From Caldisericota bacterium (lineage in GTDB: Bacteria; Caldisericota; Caldisericia; UBA6126; JAGPKI01), in contig JBPOJC010000005.1 of NCBI GenBank assembly GCA_052034135.1, positions 76 through 64,075 of the forward strand: 64,000 nucleotides of DNA. Direction: 5' to 3'. A model generated the notes under the pieces. It was given only the letters and a program-made list of their open reading frames with translations. It was not told where the DNA came from and ran no database searches. A program made the translations under genes and the position numbers. Shown one piece after another: positions 60,886 to 64,000 of this stretch. Each line of letters opens with the position of its first letter. Position 1 is the first letter of the stretch.

Positions 60886-62364
60886 TTAAACTTTTACACT
60901 GTCAACAGCTATACTTTCAAGAAATTTTTCATTTGAAGGGGTTTCACTTGCCCATTTGATTAATCTTTCTAAAGCCTCTGCAGAATCTAAGTTCGATAGG
61001 AATCTCCTTAAAGTCCAGATACGTTTAAGTTCATCATCGGAATAGAGAAGTTCTTCTCTACGAGTTCCGGATCTCTTAATATCAACTGCTGGGTAAAGCC
61101 TTCTTTCGGCTAACTTTCTGTCAAGCACTAACTCCATATTTCCTGTTCCTTTAAATTCTTCATAGATAATTTCATCCATTTTTGAACCCGTTTCAATTAA
61201 AGCTGTTGCTATAATCGTTAAACTACCACCACCATCTATATTTCTTGCAGCTCCAAGAACTTTTTTAGGTCCATGGATTGCAGCAGTATCAAGTCCTCCA
61301 GTTAATGTTCTACCTGTTGGAGTGACAGAAAGGTTATAGGCTCTTGTAAGCCTTGTAATGCCATCCAGTAGTATAACAACATCTTTTTTCAATTCCACCA
61401 GTCTTTTTGCTCTTTCGACAGCAAGTTCAACCACTCTTATATGGTTTTCTGGCAATTGGTCAAAAGTGGATGATAAAACTTCAGCTTTTACTGATCTTTG
61501 CATATCGGTAACTTCTTCTGGTCGTTCATCAATAAGAAGAATCATTAATGTGACTTCAGGATGGTTAATTGAAATACTTTGCGCTAACCTTTTAATTATG
61601 GTTGTTTTTCCAGCCTTAGGTGGAGAAACTATTAATCCTCTTTGTCCTTTACCCAAAGGTGTAATTAAATCGATAATTCTTATTGTTAAATTAGAAACAA
61701 ATTCAGATTCAAGCCTGAATCGTGAAAGCGGAAATATTGGAGTAAGGTTTTCAAATTTAGGGCGGGATTTTATCTCCTCAAGGCTTAAATTGTTAACCTT
61801 TTCAATTTTAAGTAAAGCAGGGTATTTCTCGTTACTTTGCGTTGGCAACCTGACTATACCATCAATTTCATCTCCCTCTCTTAAGCCAAATTTCTTTATC
61901 TGTGAAGGTGCTACGTAAATATCGGATGAGGTTGGTACATATTTACTAGACCTTAAAAAACCATATCCATCTGGATGAATATCTAAAATGCCATGACCTC
62001 TTGCAGTAGGAAATTTTGATAAAATTTCCTCTTTCGTAAATTTTGTTTCTTCATGATTTTTCTCTGTTTCAACTTTTGTTGATATTTCCTGGGTTTTTGC
62101 TGCTTCCTGGATTGGTTTAGTCTCATAAATTTCCTCTTTTACTTTTTTTGTCCTACCTCTTTTTTTAGGAGTTTTAACAGTTTCCTCTTTCGTGGGAGTT
62201 TCTTCTTTTGACTTGTTTTCGTAAGATTTAAGAATGAGTTCTATTAATTCATTCTTTTTATAGATCGTATATCGCTTAATTTTTTGTTTTTTTGCGACAT
62301 CGTAAAGATCTCTTGCACGGAACTTTTCTAATTCTTCCCTTGTATATTTTTTTTGATTTTCCAA
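60886..62364 (-). CDS. rho: Transcription termination factor Rho (with extended N-terminal domain)
   Basis: RecA-like core with Walker A PPKAGKTT. Rho Q-/R-loop region. N-terminal OB-fold. Confidence 0.9.
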   Translation of the reverse strand: MENQKKYTREELEKFRARDLYDVAKKQKIKRYTIYKKNELIELILKSYENKSKEETPTKEETVKTPKKRGRTKKVKEEIYETKPIQEAAKTQEISTKVETEKNHEETKFTKEEILSKFPTARGHGILDIHPDGYGFLRSSKYVPTSSDIYVAPSQIKKFGLREGDEIDGIVRLPTQSNEKYPALLKIEKVNNLSLEEIKSRPKFENLTPIFPLSRFRLESEFVSNLTIRIIDLITPLGKGQRGLIVSPPKAGKTTIIKRLAQSISINHPEVTLMILLIDERPEEVTDMQRSVKAEVLSSTFDQLPENHIRVVELAVERAKRLVELKKDVVILLDGITRLTRAYNLSVTPTGRTLTGGLDTAAIHGPKKVLGAARNIDGGGSLTIIATALIETGSKMDEIIYEEFKGTGNMELVLDRKLAERRLYPAVDIKRSGTRREELLYSDDELKRIWTLRRFLSNLDSAEALERLIKWASETPSNEKFLESIAVDSVKV

Positions 62365-62403
62365 AATCCATTCCTCCTTAATTTTTAATGTTACTATTTA
62401 AAT

Positions 62404-62799
62404 TTATTTTTTAAAAGAAAGGTTGCATAATTCATCTGCTCTTTTATTCTCTTCTCTTGGGATATGAATCACTATTAAAGATGAAAAATTTTTACTAATT
62501 TCTTGTATTCTATCATAAAGAGCTTTAATTTTAGCATCTTTAACTTTATAAATGCCATTTAATTGTTTTACAAGTAGCTCACTATCGCTATATATAATCA
62601 CCTCTTTTTTGTCCGAAAAGTTTTTAACAATATCTTCTAAAGCGTTAATAAGTGCTGTGTATTCAGCAACATTATTTGTAGTCCTTCCAATGAGAGAATA
62701 CTTTTCTACTATTGTTTTGTTCCCTTCTTTTATTATGTATGCGTAACTTGCTTCCCCTGGGTTACCACGAGAGGCACCATCTATGTAAACTTCAAGCAT
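62404..62799 (-). CDS. rnhA: Ribonuclease HI family protein
   Basis: YIDGASRGNPG and the DEDD-type RNase H fold motifs (AEYTAL). Confidence 0.75.
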   Translation of the reverse strand: MLEVYIDGASRGNPGEASYAYIIKEGNKTIVEKYSLIGRTTNNVAEYTALINALEDIVKNFSDKKEVIIYSDSELLVKQLNGIYKVKDAKIKALYDRIQEISKNFSSLIVIHIPREENKRADELCNLSFKK

Positions 62800-63512
62800 T
62801 ATTCAGACAGAAAAAGTATTCTACCACAATTTTCACAACATATAAGCATATTTGGATCTTTTTTAAGTTTTTGAATAATACTCAACGGTATACTCGACTT
62901 ACATACTCCACAAACATTACCTGAAACCACAGAGACAGATTTCCCCTGTCCAAGCAGCAATGATCTATCAAAAGCTTCAAGGTATTCAGGATTTATATCA
63001 TCTCTTAACATTTTACGACGAAGGTCAATTTCTTCAAGTATCTTTTTTGTTTCATTTTGTTCTTTATTAAATTCATCTTCCTTTTTCTTTAAATCTAACT
63101 CAACGTTTTTAAAGATTTCATCAAAACTATCTAACTTTTTTTTGAGTTCTTCCACTTCATCCATATAGATTAATACTGTTTCTTCGGATTTATCTTTTTT
63201 ATTTTTTAGCTCTTTGATTTTATTTTCAAGCTCTGCTAAAAATTTAGGGTTGGTAGATTTATTAGAGAAAAGCTCATTCTCGTATTTTTTAATATTATCT
63301 TCTAAAGTGCTAAGGTTAAGTTCTTCATCTTGGAGATATTTTTTCTTCTCAGTGAGCTCTTTTACTAATTCGCCTCTTTCTGATTGTAGATAATCGAATT
63401 TAGTTTTAATCTCTGAGAAATTTTTAAAGCTTTCTTTGGAAGCTTTTTTAATTTCTACTTCTTTATCTTGAAGCAACTGCAAATCATACAACAACTTTAT
63501 GTCATCGCTCAT
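62799..63512 (-). CDS. COG1579-type coiled-coil protein with C-terminal zinc ribbon
   Basis: Long coiled coil plus CGVC...CENC. Typical neighbour of RNase H-like genes. Confidence 0.6.
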   Translation of the reverse strand: MSDDIKLLYDLQLLQDKEVEIKKASKESFKNFSEIKTKFDYLQSERGELVKELTEKKKYLQDEELNLSTLEDNIKKYENELFSNKSTNPKFLAELENKIKELKNKKDKSEETVLIYMDEVEELKKKLDSFDEIFKNVELDLKKKEDEFNKEQNETKKILEEIDLRRKMLRDDINPEYLEAFDRSLLLGQGKSVSVVSGNVCGVCKSSIPLSIIQKLKKDPNMLICCENCGRILFLSE

Positions 63513-63562
63513 TTTTTCATTTTAACACTGTATTATTGGGTTCCAAAACTTAAAGGTCAAAC

Positions 63563-63635
63563 TGGGCCCTGAAGGACTCGAACCTCCGACTTGCTGGTTA
63601 TGAGCCAGCCGCTCTACCGACTGAGCTAAGGGCCC
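63563..63635 (-). tRNA. tRNA-Met (anticodon CAT; elongator or Ile-lysidine type)
   Basis: Reverse complement folds as GGGCCCT-TA-GCTC...GAGC-G-GCTGG-CTCATAA-CCAGC-AAGTC-GGAGG-TTCGAGT-CCTTC-AGGGCCC-A. Confidence 0.7.
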
Positions 63636-63905
63636 CTGCTAATAAAGCCTCCTAAATAATTTGTATAAAGTAATAAAGTGTAAATTAATCGATTAATCAG
63701 GAAAATATTAAACACAAATAAAAAAAAGTCAAGCTTGCGGTTTAGTCTAAATTATTTCACTCTAAATCGTTTTATTTTATCTCGAAAATATTATTCTTTT
63801 TATAACTATTGCTTCTCTTGCTTTTCCAAGCAATTACAGTTATAAAAATACAATATGTTTTTTCATGAAAATAAGAATTCAGAATACAGAATGTATGAAA
63901 AAATA

Positions 63906-64000
63906 TGGATCCCCGATAAAAGATTTCGGGGATGACAGTATGGTGGAGTTCGAGGATGACATTTTGGTGCCTTTGAATGACCCCTCTCTCTGTCACCCTG
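63906..64000. repeat. Reverse-orientation copy of the 32-bp palindromic element plus flanking tgtcatcctcgaa / cagggtgac modules of the dispersed family
   Basis: tggatccccgataaaagatttcggggatgacag is the reverse complement of gtcatccccgaaatcttttatcggggatccag (6889-6920). Confidence 0.7.

Noticed and set aside
63772-63996. 74-aa ORF on the minus strand at the window end
   Set aside because: It overlaps the dispersed repeat copies next to tRNA-Met and has no RBS. Likely spurious.

Overview
AT-rich (about 30% GC) bacterial chromosomal segment. It looks like an anaerobe, because it carries an Hdr/Mvh-type flavin/FeS oxidoreductase cluster, SufCB, a buk-ptb-buk butyrate operon, hutU and a division and wall cluster with ftsZ and sepF. 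Most of the window is housekeeping: tyrS, guaB, clpC, rho, prfA, prmC, plsY, tsaC, rnhA, lgt, htrA, mscL, peroxiredoxin, ABC transporters, an ECF sigma factor, tRNA-Arg(CCG) and tRNA-Met(CAT).

The main anomaly is an island of about 8.6 kb (9880-18499, + strand). It encodes a complete type III-B-like RAMP effector gene set: Cmr1-like and Cmr6-like RAMPs, a Csm3/Cmr4-like Cas7 with its catalytic Asp, a Cas11-size helical protein and a Cmr3/Csm4-like Cas5. Its large subunit is a 1227-aa fusion. An N-terminal AbiEii/DUF1814 Pol-beta-type nucleotidyltransferase domain (KGGTG...SDDLDF...RPRDLYDV) is followed by a Cas10 that opens with the canonical Csm1 HD signature ALLHDIGK, keeps a palm-1-like DGIGFI motif and a CxxC...CxxC treble-clef finger, and has no canonical GGDD. 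An AbiEi-like wHTH gene sits directly upstream and is translationally coupled to the fusion through a GTGA overlap. No CRISPR array, cas6, cas1 or cas2 is visible in the window. I interpret the island as a candidate, apparently undescribed fusion of an AbiE-type nucleotidyltransferase toxin-antitoxin module with an RNA-guided type III interference complex. This call rests on motifs read by eye and should be confirmed by HMM or structure searches.

Immediately upstream (about 6700-7620) is a gene-free region packed with several families of hairpin-containing short repeats. These include a 32-bp palindromic element, 20-22-bp tandem units and 37- to 55-bp modules. Copies of the same families recur near tRNA-Arg (about 39000-39190), at 53237-53440, and next to tRNA-Met at the window end (63906 onward). 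They do not form a CRISPR array.
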